Assembly: GCA_027320085.1 (NCBI GenBank)
Contig: DAHVLZ010000009.1
Coordinates: 320,001-384,000 of the forward strand
DNA: 64,000 nucleotides
Direction: 5' to 3'
Source of the DNA: Pseudomonadota bacterium
GTDB taxonomy: Bacteria > Pseudomonadota > Gammaproteobacteria > JAKAQQ01
The stretch's first letter is position 1. Every line of letters starts with the position of its first letter. A model generated the notes under the pieces. It ran no database searches, was not told the DNA's origin, and saw only the letters and a program-made list of their open reading frames with translations. The translations under genes were made by a program, and so were the position numbers. Shown here piece by piece: positions 19,060 through 31,673 of the stretch.

Positions 19060-20817
19060 TCATCGAATCAGGAAGTGAGACGCTATCGGTGCCAATTGTT
19101 CTGCAATAGGTCCCAGTGCCAGGGCGGGAAAGAAATTAAGTGCACCGAACAAGAGAATCACACCCACCAACAAGCTGACGAAAATGGGAGTGTGCGTCAC
19201 GAGGGTACCAGCACCCACCGGTACCTTCTGTTTTCTGGCCAAGGAGCCGGCCATCGCCAACAAGGGGAGATAGGACCAATAGCGACCGACCAACATGCAA
19301 AAAGCGGTGAGCAGATTGTAAAACCGCGTATCGCTGCTGAGGCCTCCAAAGGCGCTGCCATTATTGTTGGCTGGGCTGGTGATCGCGTACAGTATCTCAC
19401 TGAACCCGTGTGCACCTGGGTTGAACACTCCGGCACGTCCTGCCGATGAAGTGACGGCAATTGCAGTTCCAACCAGAACCAAAAGTGGCATGACCAGAAT
19501 CGACAAAGAGGCCATTTTTGTTTCGAAAGACTCGATTTTCTTACCGAGAAATTCCGGCGTCCGCCCCACCATCAGTCCGCCTAGGAAAACGGCGAAGATC
19601 ATGAAGGCCAACATGGTCGCTAGGCCTGTTCCCACACCACCAAAAACCGTTTCACCCATTTGCATAAAGAAAAGATTGATTCCGCCAGACAATGGCATCA
19701 GTGAGTCATAGGCGGAATTGGCTGCCCCAGTTGACGTTGCGGTTGCAAGGCTGGCAAAGAGAGCAGAGCCACCAGCTCCAAAGCGATCTTCCACGCCCTC
19801 CAAATTCCCTCCCCCCGCCAAGGCCGGCCGATTCGACTGCGCAACATGGAGTGCAGCCAGTCGGGGATTGCCCGCGAGTTCGAAATGCTCACTGGCCAAA
19901 GTCAGCGGAACGAATAATACCAACATGGCCGCGAGAATGGCCCACGCGGTGCGTCGCGACTGAGCCATGTAACCGAACAGAAAAACCAATGCCGTTGGAA
20001 TCAGAATCACTGCTACCATCTGTAGCAAATTAGTGAGTGCGGTTGGGTTCTCGAAGGGATGGGCAGCATTGGCGTTAAAGAACCCACCTCCATTATTACC
20101 AAGCACCATGATCGCCTCCTGTGAGGCCACCGGGCCCAGCGCGATTACTTGGCGAAAAATCTTCCTTCCATTCCAGTCGAAGGGATTAATCAAGTGGGCA
20201 TGGATATAAGGCGCCAGTGTCTGGACAACACCCTGCTCCATGAAAATGAGTCCTAACAAGACAGATAACGGCATGAGCACATAGAGTACCGTGCGGGTCA
20301 GATCTACCCAGAAGTTCCCTAAACAATCCGTTTTCTCACGGACCAGACCCCGAATGATGGGCAGAACCAAGGTGATCCCCACTGCCGCCGAGAGAAAGTT
20401 CTGGACAGTCAAACCCATCATTTGAGCGAGGTACCCTAAAGTCGATTCACCGGCATAATCCTGCCAGTTGGTGTTGGTCAAAAAGCTGACAGCGGTATTG
20501 AAAGCTGATCCTGCCGGCACTCCCGGGAAGTGCTCAGGATTCAAAGGAAGAGAGCCCTGCAACAGAAGCAAACCGTACAGGAAAAGTCCGCCCAACAAGT
20601 TGAACAGTAGGAGGGTAATGGCGTAACGTTTCCAGTCCATTTCCTCTGTTGGGCAAATCCTGGACACCTTGTAAAGTGCGCTTTCAACCGGACCCAGTAT
20701 CTTCCTAGCCCAAAACTGCTCGCCGGAATAGGCCCGGTGCATGTAATGCGCGAGTGGCACGGCCAACGTGATTGCGATGACCAGTACCGTTACGGTCAAC
20801 ACTATGGACTGCATCAT
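19060..20817 (-). CDS. kdpA: K+-transporting ATPase subunit A
   Basis: SFLTNTNWQ, GNNGGGFFNAN, GRTPEFLGKKIE, NNNGSAF, FFPALALGPIAE. Confidence 0.98.
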   Translation of the reverse strand: MMQSIVLTVTVLVIAITLAVPLAHYMHRAYSGEQFWARKILGPVESALYKVSRICPTEEMDWKRYAITLLLFNLLGGLFLYGLLLLQGSLPLNPEHFPGVPAGSAFNTAVSFLTNTNWQDYAGESTLGYLAQMMGLTVQNFLSAAVGITLVLPIIRGLVREKTDCLGNFWVDLTRTVLYVLMPLSVLLGLIFMEQGVVQTLAPYIHAHLINPFDWNGRKIFRQVIALGPVASQEAIMVLGNNGGGFFNANAAHPFENPTALTNLLQMVAVILIPTALVFLFGYMAQSRRTAWAILAAMLVLFVPLTLASEHFELAGNPRLAALHVAQSNRPALAGGGNLEGVEDRFGAGGSALFASLATATSTGAANSAYDSLMPLSGGINLFFMQMGETVFGGVGTGLATMLAFMIFAVFLGGLMVGRTPEFLGKKIESFETKMASLSILVMPLLVLVGTAIAVTSSAGRAGVFNPGAHGFSEILYAITSPANNNGSAFGGLSSDTRFYNLLTAFCMLVGRYWSYLPLLAMAGSLARKQKVPVGAGTLVTHTPIFVSLLVGVILLFGALNFFPALALGPIAEQLAPIASHFLIR

Positions 20818-20906
20818 AAAAAGCGTTCCGGATCAATCAGAAAAACCAGAAGATAAATACAGAGCCCAATACCGATGACTAAACTGATCCCGGCAAAAAG
20901 CTTCAT
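20814..20906 (-). CDS. kdpF: K+-transporting ATPase subunit F (30 aa)
   Basis: Hand translation MKLFAGISLVIGIGLCIYLLVFLIDPERFL*; YL...PERF signature; stop overlaps the kdpA start (ATGA). Confidence 0.88.
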   Translation of the reverse strand: MKLFAGISLVIGIGLCIYLLVFLIDPERFL

Positions 20907-20995
20907 TTTCTTCTCCTCAATCGATCCAGCATTTGGACCATGACGATGGACAAGGGGAAAAATCCCAGCAGGACGAGCGTATAGATGACATTCAT
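20903..20995 (-). CDS. 30-aa single-TM microprotein upstream of kdpF
   Basis: MNVIYTLVLLGFFPLSIVMVQMLDRLRRRK*; stop overlaps the kdpF start (ATGA). Confidence 0.65.
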   Translation of the reverse strand: MNVIYTLVLLGFFPLSIVMVQMLDRLRRRK

Positions 20996-21176
20996 GTTTA
21001 TTACGGATGAGCCTTGCGAGCCCCTGCTCCCCACATTAGATGGATAGGTGCGCGTTGATGTAGCGGATAACGTGTCCGACTCAAAACTAGAACTGACACA
21101 AATATCCTCCCATGCCATACAGGCGCCAATATAAACCCGTGATTTCAATATCGGATGCAAAAAAGAGGTGGCGCGG

Positions 21177-21193
21177 CGTAAAAATTCCGTAAA
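21177..21193 (-). promoter_or_regulatory. putative KdpE binding site
   Basis: TTTACG-GAATT-TTTACG direct repeat with 11-bp period upstream of the kdp operon, resembling the T-rich E. coli KdpE site. Confidence 0.55.
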
Positions 21194-21484
21194 GACGGAA
21201 GGTTGAATGGTCCAGGTCGTGTTTGTGATCCAACTGAAGGCCACAGGACCATGTGCGACACTGTGATTATTTGGTGCTTTTGTCGCCGATAGGCTTACCA
21301 ACCAAAACTCGAGAATCATGGACCCATGTGATCCAACGCTCTCCCCCCATCGTGCTTATCTTCGCCCCGATAGATTGTTTCTATAATTTTGGTTCAGAAC
21401 AAACCGGGCACGCGTTTGGATGGTGGGGCAACCCAAACAGGGTACTGCAGTCCTTGCACAACGCAACTCGGCAAGGCACTGAAT

Positions 21485-23335
21485 CTACTCGACCGTAACC
21501 GACTTGGCGAGGTTGCGTGGCTGATCGACATCATGTTTACGTAGAACAGCCACATGGTAAGCCAGCAACTGCAGAGGTAACGTATAGGCAATAGGAGATG
21601 AAAACTCGCCCGGAACCTCGGGAAGACGAAGTACGTGGACATTTTCCCCCACTGGAAGTTCCAGTCCGGGATCCACCAACAGGAACAGGTGACCATTGCG
21701 CGCGCGGATGACCTCGAGATTGGACCTGAGCTTATCCGTGAGAAAGTTGTCCGGCACAAGACCGATGACCGCCATCCTTGAATCGATCAAAGCCAGCGGG
21801 CCGTGCTTCAGTTCACCCGCAGGATAGCTCTCTGCCTGGATATAGGCGATTTCCTTGAGCTTGAGTGCCCCTTCCCGAGCAATTGGATCATGGACGCCAC
21901 GGGCGACATATAAGGCATGATCGTATCTGGTCAGCAACCGAGCCCATTCATTTACTACGGGATCCAACTCAAGCAGCTTTTCCAGAAGGACGGGGAGATG
22001 CCTCAACTCCTTCACAGCCCGTCTTTCCATCTCCTCCTCTAAAAGACCCTTTGACTTGGCGAGCCCCAGACTCAGCCAAAAAAGCAATGTGAGCTGGGTC
22101 ACAAACGCCTTGGTAGAGGCCACCCCGATTTCGGGGCCTGCCCGGGTCAAGAGACCGAGTTCGGCTTCACGCATCATGGCACTTTCAGCAACATTACAGA
22201 GTGCCAAGCGGCCGGCGTATGGGAGTGTCTTGGCCCGACGGAAAGCCGCTAGCGTATCTGCCGTCTCGCCAGATTGCGAAATCCCAACGAGTAGAGTGTG
22301 TTCCTGCAAACAGAGGGGGCGATACCGGTATTCGCTCGCAATCTCAACGGAAACCGGCACCTGAGCCAGTTTCTCGATCCAGTGACGGGCCACGAGCCCG
22401 GCATGATAACTGGAGCCGCACGCAACAATATGAACGGCCTTTACTTTCGGCAGAATTTCACGGGTCTGGTAGCCTAGGGCAGATTCCAGAACATGTTCGC
22501 CGGAGATCCTCTGTTCCAGAGTCTCCGTGACCGCACGTGGCTGCTCGTGAATTTCCTTCAACATGAAATGGCGAAAAGTTCCCCGTTCGGCAGCATCTGC
22601 CGATAATGAGACTCGCGTTGGATGGCGTTCGACCGGGATTCCAGCTCCAGACCAAATGCGACAAGGCGGCTGGCCACCCTTGGGGACACGCAACTCGGAG
22701 ACCTCGTGGTCTTCGAGAAAAAGAAAATCCTGAGTCAGAGGCAAAAGGGCAGTCACGTCAGAAGCAACGAAGGTTGCCCCTTCCCCGAACCCAATGACCA
22801 TGGGGCAACCCATCCGCAATGTGACCAGCACGTCAGGGGACTGTTCATCCAGAACTAAAAGTGCATACGCTCCCGTCAGGCGACGCTGGACTTCAATCAT
22901 GGTGGACCGAAGATCCGGATGTTCCTGCCGGATGGCGTGGATGAGGTGGACCACCGTCTCGGTATCGGTATCTGATTCGAAGTGGTATCCTCGGGATTTG
23001 AGCTGGTGTTTCAGAGACTCGTGATTTTCGATAATGCCGTTATGGACGAGTGCGATTCCCTCTGAACGGTGAGGATGGGCATTGGCCTCCGAGGGTGCCC
23101 CATGAGTGGCCCAACGCGTATGGGCAATCCCAACAGAACCGGAGCAAGGATGCTGACTGATCTCATCTGCCAGAAGGGCGACCTTACCCTGTCGGCGACG
23201 CCGGGCAAGCTGGTGCTTCCCATCGAGCACAGCGAGACCGGCTGAGTCGTAGCCTCGGTATTCCAATCGTTTCAATCCCTCCAGAAGAACCGGAACGACA
23301 TCATCCGTGGAAATAGCTCCGATAATCCCGCACAT
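21485..23335 (-). CDS. glmS: glutamine--fructose-6-phosphate aminotransferase
   Basis: MCGIIG, LEYRGYDSAG, HTRWATHG, SQSGETADT, ELKHGP, PRNLAKSVTVE. Confidence 0.98.
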   Translation of the reverse strand: MCGIIGAISTDDVVPVLLEGLKRLEYRGYDSAGLAVLDGKHQLARRRRQGKVALLADEISQHPCSGSVGIAHTRWATHGAPSEANAHPHRSEGIALVHNGIIENHESLKHQLKSRGYHFESDTDTETVVHLIHAIRQEHPDLRSTMIEVQRRLTGAYALLVLDEQSPDVLVTLRMGCPMVIGFGEGATFVASDVTALLPLTQDFLFLEDHEVSELRVPKGGQPPCRIWSGAGIPVERHPTRVSLSADAAERGTFRHFMLKEIHEQPRAVTETLEQRISGEHVLESALGYQTREILPKVKAVHIVACGSSYHAGLVARHWIEKLAQVPVSVEIASEYRYRPLCLQEHTLLVGISQSGETADTLAAFRRAKTLPYAGRLALCNVAESAMMREAELGLLTRAGPEIGVASTKAFVTQLTLLFWLSLGLAKSKGLLEEEMERRAVKELRHLPVLLEKLLELDPVVNEWARLLTRYDHALYVARGVHDPIAREGALKLKEIAYIQAESYPAGELKHGPLALIDSRMAVIGLVPDNFLTDKLRSNLEVIRARNGHLFLLVDPGLELPVGENVHVLRLPEVPGEFSSPIAYTLPLQLLAYHVAVLRKHDVDQPRNLAKSVTVE

Positions 23336-23337
23336 AA

Positions 23338-24720
23338 CTAGGATTTCTTCCCCGGCCGTTTCCAGTGAGGAATACTCTTCTGATCGTTACGGGACAGTGT
23401 CAGCTGGTCAGGAGGCGTATCTCTGACGACGGTCGTCCCAGCAGCAATGAAGGAACGCTGCCTGAGCGTTACTGGTGCAATCAACTGGCTATCACAGCCG
23501 ACGAAAACACCATCTTCAATGACCGTTGTGTGCTTTTCTGTTCCATCGTAGTTGACGGTGATAACCCCCGCCCCCAGATTGACATCATCCCCGATCTCGG
23601 CATCTCCGATGTAGGCTAAATGGTTTGCCTTGCTGTGATCACCGAGTCGGCTGTTTTTGACTTCGACGAAGTTACCGATCCGGGCATGATGGAGTAGGCG
23701 GGTTGACGGACGGATACGTGCAAATGGTCCGATACGGACATGGCTCCCGGTTTCAACTCCCTCAAGGACACAATGGGACAACACCTCTGTGCCCTCTCCC
23801 AGGCTCACATCACGCAGAATCGAATAGGGACCAATTCGCACTCCTTGACCCAGCTGGATCCGGCCTTCAAGGATCACACCGACATCGATCTCGACATCAG
23901 AGGCGGCCTCGACCGACCCACGCAGATCAAATCGTGCGGGATCCCGGATGCGCACGCCCTGACGCATCAGCACCCCAGCCAGCCGGGTCTGCAGAGTCCG
24001 TTCTGCTGTCGCGAGATCCGATGCTGAATTCACTCCCTGTGCCATCTCTGGACGGCCGAGCAGACGAGTATGAACCGGTATCCCGGCGAGGAGTGCTTCT
24101 TCAACCATATCCGTCAAATAAAACTCTCCCTGGGCATTTCGTCTCCCAATCCGCGGTAACAGCTGTGTCAAAAGCTGTCCCGAACACGCAAGTATCCCGG
24201 TGTTAACCTCACGGATTGCGCGCGTCGTATCATCGGAAAGATCAGCTTCTTCGACAACACAACGGATCCGACCCTGTGCATCGCGGACTATCCGTCCATA
24301 CCCACCCGGATCTGCTCTTTCCGTTGTCAGGAGTGCCAAGGCGGGCTGTTCCACGGCTTCGAGCAGAAGCTTGAGATCACCCGCTTCGAGAAGAGGTACG
24401 TCTCCGTAGAGTACAAGCACGCTGGGGTCACCAGTCACGTCTGCTACGGCCAGTCCCAGTGCATGTGCAGTACCGAGCGGTTCCGGCTGGTCCACAAACC
24501 GGATTCCGCTTTCTCCGAAGCGAGAACGGATTGCTGCCCCCCCCACACCCGTCACAACCCGGATCTCATCCGGATTGAGTGACCGAGCGGTCTCGAGGAC
24601 CCAATCCAAGAGCGGGCGTCCTGCCAGTTCATGAAGCACCTTAGGACGAGACGAGCGCATCCGCGTCCCAGCTCCCGCGGCCAAGACCACGACTAAAAGC
24701 CTATGTGATGTGGCCTTCAC
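23338..24720 (-). CDS. glmU: bifunctional UDP-GlcNAc pyrophosphorylase/acetyltransferase
   Basis: LAAGAGTRMRS..PKVLH, GYGRIVR, EFYLTD, hexapeptide repeats, GNFVEVK. Confidence 0.97.
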   Translation of the reverse strand: MKATSHRLLVVVLAAGAGTRMRSSRPKVLHELAGRPLLDWVLETARSLNPDEIRVVTGVGGAAIRSRFGESGIRFVDQPEPLGTAHALGLAVADVTGDPSVLVLYGDVPLLEAGDLKLLLEAVEQPALALLTTERADPGGYGRIVRDAQGRIRCVVEEADLSDDTTRAIREVNTGILACSGQLLTQLLPRIGRRNAQGEFYLTDMVEEALLAGIPVHTRLLGRPEMAQGVNSASDLATAERTLQTRLAGVLMRQGVRIRDPARFDLRGSVEAASDVEIDVGVILEGRIQLGQGVRIGPYSILRDVSLGEGTEVLSHCVLEGVETGSHVRIGPFARIRPSTRLLHHARIGNFVEVKNSRLGDHSKANHLAYIGDAEIGDDVNLGAGVITVNYDGTEKHTTVIEDGVFVGCDSQLIAPVTLRQRSFIAAGTTVVRDTPPDQLTLSRNDQKSIPHWKRPGKKS

Positions 24721-24769
24721 GGCCGTGGGCAGGCTTTCTTGGGAAACCCAGATCGCCCCAAATCTCCGT

Positions 24770-25195
24770 TCACCGCAGCTGTCCCCGCTTCCTCAGGCGA
24801 TCAAGGACCCTCAGCCTTTCGGTCATTTCGGCCAGTTCGGCTTCAGCACGCGCCACATCGACAGACTCAGCACTTGAGGCGAGAAAGGTCTCAGCTGCCA
24901 GCTTAGCTTCGCGTGTCTTGGCTTCATCAATCTCGGATGTGCGTATGAAACTGTTCGCCAGAACCATAACCTGATGGGGCTGGACCTCGAGCAGACCGCC
25001 GGACACAAACAGTGAGAGAGTTTCCGTTGGAGTCTGGATCCGCAACTCGCCAGCCTTGAGGCGAGTCAATAGGGGCGCATGACGTGGAGCGATACCGACC
25101 TCGCCGAGCTCTGCCGGAGCAAAGACCATCTCGGCCTCCCCAGAGTAAATCGGGGATTCGAGGCTGACGACATCCACCTGCATCACCATACCCAT
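24770..25195 (-). CDS. atpC: ATP synthase epsilon subunit
   Basis: GEVGIAPRHAPLLT, VSGGLLEVQP; operon position. Confidence 0.95.
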   Translation of the reverse strand: MGMVMQVDVVSLESPIYSGEAEMVFAPAELGEVGIAPRHAPLLTRLKAGELRIQTPTETLSLFVSGGLLEVQPHQVMVLANSFIRTSEIDEAKTREAKLAAETFLASSAESVDVARAEAELAEMTERLRVLDRLRKRGQLR

Positions 25196-25201
25196 ACGAG
25201 T

Positions 25202-26587
<1,386 letters not shown>

Positions 26588-26602
26588 TCACGGATGAAGT
26601 CA

Positions 26603-27466
26603 CTAGACAGCGGCAGCCCCACCAACAATTTCGGCAATTTCACGGGTAATAGCCGCCTGACGGGCCTTGTTGTAGGCCAGTTTCAAGGTTTCAATTAGGG
26701 TACTTGCATTTTCCGAAGCGTTCTTCATGGCGACCATGCGGGCTGCCTGCTCAGAGGCAATGTTCTCGAGAAGCCCTTGGTAGGTCTCCGCCTCAAGATA
26801 GCGGGTTAGCCATGTGTCAATGAGATCGATGCTGTCCGGCTCGTACAGGTAGTCCCAATGGTCGGCCAGACCGGGGTCCCGCTGGACGGGTATCGGCAGG
26901 AGAGTCACCAAGTGAGGCTTTTGGATCATTGTGTTCTGGAAGTAATTGAAAGCCAGAACTAGACGGTCGATATGACCCTGTCGGTAATCCTCGAGCAGTA
27001 CGCGTAAAGGTCCGATCACATTTTCCGGAGAAGGGCGGTCGCCCAGATGCGTGACCGACGCTACGAGTGTTGCATCCAAGCGCCTGAGGCCAGTCAATGC
27101 CTTTTGTCCGATTGCCGCAAAGCGGATGGAAATGTCCTGCTTATTAAAGATTCGGACCTCGTTCCAGACCGTGCGGATCAGGTTGATGTTGAGTCCACCA
27201 CACAGGCCACGGTCGGTCCCGATCACAAGAAAACCCACTCCACGTACCGCAGTCCTCGGCAGCAGGAAAGGATGGGGGAACTCGGGGCGGAGAACGGCCA
27301 GGTGACTGGTCACCTGGCGGATCCGATCAAGATAGGGACGACTGGCCTGCATCCGTGCTTGAACCCGCCGGATCTTGCTCGCAGCCACCATCTCCATCGC
27401 CCGCGTGATCTTGCGGGTACTTTCGATGCTTCGAATTTGCGTCCTGATTTCTTTGGTGCCGGCCAT
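26603..27466 (-). CDS. atpG: ATP synthase gamma subunit
   Basis: KITRAMEMVAASK, DRGLCGG, YNKARQAAITREI. Confidence 0.98.
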   Translation of the reverse strand: MAGTKEIRTQIRSIESTRKITRAMEMVAASKIRRVQARMQASRPYLDRIRQVTSHLAVLRPEFPHPFLLPRTAVRGVGFLVIGTDRGLCGGLNINLIRTVWNEVRIFNKQDISIRFAAIGQKALTGLRRLDATLVASVTHLGDRPSPENVIGPLRVLLEDYRQGHIDRLVLAFNYFQNTMIQKPHLVTLLPIPVQRDPGLADHWDYLYEPDSIDLIDTWLTRYLEAETYQGLLENIASEQAARMVAMKNASENASTLIETLKLAYNKARQAAITREIAEIVGGAAAV

Positions 27467-27469
27467 CTG

Positions 27470-29023
27470 TCAGCGTCCAGTTTCCTTCCGAAAACGGTTT
27501 ATGGTCTGGCGGAGACCGGAGGCCACCTTGTCGTTATAATCCCCCGTCTCATTGATCAGGGTGAAAAGTGCCGGCTCCTGTTCACGGAAAAAATCATGCA
27601 GACCACCTTCAAAGGCGCCAACCTCGGCAACGGGGATGCCATCGAGATCTCCCTCATTGACAGCAAACAGTGAAATAGCCATCTCGGCAATGGACAGGGG
27701 ACTGTATTGCTTTTGCTTCATGAGCTCTGTGACCCGCTGGCCCCGTTCCAACTGGCGCCGTGTGATTTCGTCGAGTTCTGATGCAAATTGCGAAAAGGCC
27801 GCCAGTTCCCGGTATTGGGCCAAAGCAAAACGGACTCCACCGCCCAACTTCTTGATGATTTTTGTCTGTGCGGCACCACCAACACGGGAAACGGAGAGCC
27901 CGGCATTGATTGCGGGGCGGATACCCGCGTTGAATAAATCATTCTCAAGATAAATCTGGCCATCGGTGATGGAGATGACATTGGTCGGAATGAATGCCGA
28001 AACATCTCCGGCCTGGGTCTCAATGATAGGCAGTGCCGTCAGCGACCCGGTCCGGCCCTTAACTCGCCCTCCGGTCCGCTGCTCCACTTCACGGACATTG
28101 AGGCGTGAGGCCCGTTCAAGCAGCCGGGAATGCAGATAAAACACGTCGCCGGGATAGGCTTCACGGCCGGGTGGACGTTTTAGCAGCAAGGAAATCTGCC
28201 GGTAAGCCCAAGCGTGTTTAGTAAGGTCATCGTAGATGATGAGCGCATCCTGACCCTGGTCGCGGAAATACTCGCCCATGGTGCAGCCCGCATAGGGCGC
28301 GATGAACTGCAGTGCAGCCGATTCTGCCGCTGTGGCAGCAACCACGATGGTCCGCTTGAGGACATCGTGCTCCTCCAGCTTGCGGACGACTTGTGAAACG
28401 CTTGAGGCTTTCTGTCCGATTGCCACATATACACAGAAAAGATCCGTGTGGCGCTGGTTGATGATTGTATCGAGGGCCAACGCCGTTTTCCCGGTCTGGC
28501 GGTCACCGATAATCAACTCGCGCTGTCCGCGACCGATTGGTACCATCGCGTCAATCGCTTTGAGCCCCGTTTGGACTGGCTGGGATACCGATTGACGGGC
28601 AATGACGCCCGGTGCGACTTTCTCGATCGGGGCACGGTGAACTTCGGGGAGTGGAGGCCCCCCATCCAAGGCCCGACCCAGCGGATCCACAACACGGCCG
28701 AGAAGCTCTGGACCCACTGGAACCTCGAGGATCCGACCAGTCGCCCGAACCTCTTGTCCTTCGGTCAGTTGTTCGTAGTTACCGAGAACCACTGCACCGA
28801 CAGCATCGCGTTCCAAATTGAGTGCAAGGCCCGTCCCACCATCGGGGAATTCGAGCATCTCGCCGTAGCGGACCCCGCTGAGCCCGTAAATCCTAACGAT
28901 CCCATCGGCAACGCTAACGACTGTGCCGACCTCCCGTTCATCGATACCGGCCTCGAAACGCTGGATACGTTCTCGGAGGAGGGAACTGATTTCGGCGGGG
29001 CTAAGTTGGACAGAATCACTCAT
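27470..29023 (-). CDS. atpA: ATP synthase alpha subunit
   Basis: [29 protein letters not shown]. Confidence 0.99.
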   Translation of the reverse strand: MSDSVQLSPAEISSLLRERIQRFEAGIDEREVGTVVSVADGIVRIYGLSGVRYGEMLEFPDGGTGLALNLERDAVGAVVLGNYEQLTEGQEVRATGRILEVPVGPELLGRVVDPLGRALDGGPPLPEVHRAPIEKVAPGVIARQSVSQPVQTGLKAIDAMVPIGRGQRELIIGDRQTGKTALALDTIINQRHTDLFCVYVAIGQKASSVSQVVRKLEEHDVLKRTIVVAATAAESAALQFIAPYAGCTMGEYFRDQGQDALIIYDDLTKHAWAYRQISLLLKRPPGREAYPGDVFYLHSRLLERASRLNVREVEQRTGGRVKGRTGSLTALPIIETQAGDVSAFIPTNVISITDGQIYLENDLFNAGIRPAINAGLSVSRVGGAAQTKIIKKLGGGVRFALAQYRELAAFSQFASELDEITRRQLERGQRVTELMKQKQYSPLSIAEMAISLFAVNEGDLDGIPVAEVGAFEGGLHDFFREQEPALFTLINETGDYNDKVASGLRQTINRFRKETGR

Positions 29024-29042
29024 GTAATCAACCTCTGGAATA

Positions 29043-29579
29043 CTAGGCTGGACAGGTCAAAGCCCGGGAAAGCAGGTCCAGGCGTCCACGGACCGTTCCG
29101 TCCCAGACACGATCTCCGATCCGGATCTGGCCCCCCCCGATAAGCACTGGATCAACACGGAAAATCAAGTGGACTCGCCGGCCCAACTTCTTTGTTAACC
29201 CAACCTTCCACTCCGTCTGAGACGCTTCGTCGATCACCAGTGCCGTCGTGACCTGACATTCAGTTTCAGATGCGGCCGCCCGCCTCATTTCGGAGTAAAG
29301 CGAGGCGATATCGCTGACTTCATTCCAGCGTTGATGCACGATCAGAAGCTTCAGGAAATTACGCTCGGAAATTTCAAGTCGCCGGGCCAGGGTCAAGTCC
29401 AGCACTTCAAGTCGGTCTTCCGCGCTCGCGCGAGGATGCGATAACACCCACACGATGTCAGGCCGTTCCAGAGCAGTCGCCAGATCGACCAAAAGATGCT
29501 CCCAATGCTCAAGCCGGTTTTCCGAGCCCGCGACTTCAAAAATCGCCCGTGCATAGGGTCGCGCAACCGTTCGACTCAT
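29043..29579 (-). CDS. atpH: ATP synthase delta subunit
   Basis: [17 protein letters not shown]...GDRVWDGTV. Confidence 0.95.
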   Translation of the reverse strand: MSRTVARPYARAIFEVAGSENRLEHWEHLLVDLATALERPDIVWVLSHPRASAEDRLEVLDLTLARRLEISERNFLKLLIVHQRWNEVSDIASLYSEMRRAAASETECQVTTALVIDEASQTEWKVGLTKKLGRRVHLIFRVDPVLIGGGQIRIGDRVWDGTVRGRLDLLSRALTCPA

Positions 29580-30049
29580 TGCAGGCGCTCCCCAGCCGCC
29601 CTCAGGAGTGCCGCGTGGCGTCCGGGATCGATTTCCCGCTCTAGAATCTTCTGGGCGATTTCAATGGACAGCTCAGCCAGCTGGTTTTTGAGCCGCTCCT
29701 TTGCACGCCCCACTTCGAGTTCCAGCTCCTGATGCCCCTGCTCCAAAATTTGTTTTGCCTGATCTTGGGCACTCTTTTGAGCTTGTTCTACGAGTTGGCT
29801 GGCTCTGTGCTGGGCCGTTTCAACGACCGTCGACGCTTCCTGACGCGCTTCGCGCAAGATGGAAACCGCCTTGTCCTGTGCCTTTTCCAAGTCCCGGACA
29901 GCCCGTTCCGCCGAAGCAAGACCATCCGCGATTTTCTTCTCACGCTCGGCCATAGCCTGGCTCAGCGGTGGCCAGATATAGCGCATCGTGATCCAGACAA
30001 AAAGGGCGAAAGCCAGGACTTCAGATGCGAAAGTGAGGTCTAGGTTCAT
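29576..30049 (-). CDS. atpF: ATP synthase b subunit
   Basis: FVWITMRYIWPPL...IADGL followed by coiled coil. Confidence 0.96.
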   Translation of the reverse strand: MNLDLTFASEVLAFALFVWITMRYIWPPLSQAMAEREKKIADGLASAERAVRDLEKAQDKAVSILREARQEASTVVETAQHRASQLVEQAQKSAQDQAKQILEQGHQELELEVGRAKERLKNQLAELSIEIAQKILEREIDPGRHAALLRAAGERLQ

Positions 30050-30089
30050 GGTATTCCTCCCGTGGGTAGCCCGCCGAGTGACAACCCGT

Positions 30090-30395
<306 letters not shown>

Positions 30396-30414
30396 TTAAA
30401 AACGGGTTTCGATT

Positions 30415-31570
<1,156 letters not shown>

Positions 31571-31673
31571 GCCCCTCCCCCACCTGAGTCGCAGGAGACC
31601 CTCCCTCTGCCCTTTTGGGGGCCCCGAGAAGGCACAATTATCAGCCTATTTTAGGGCAACGCCCCCAATCCGA

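Noticed and set aside
20903-21319. 138-aa ORF upstream of kdpF
   Set aside because: Only the last 30 codons look like a real membrane peptide; the extension runs through the promoter and KdpE-box region.
23335-23338. glmS ribozyme or riboswitch
   Set aside because: glmU and glmS are only 2 nt apart, leaving no room.
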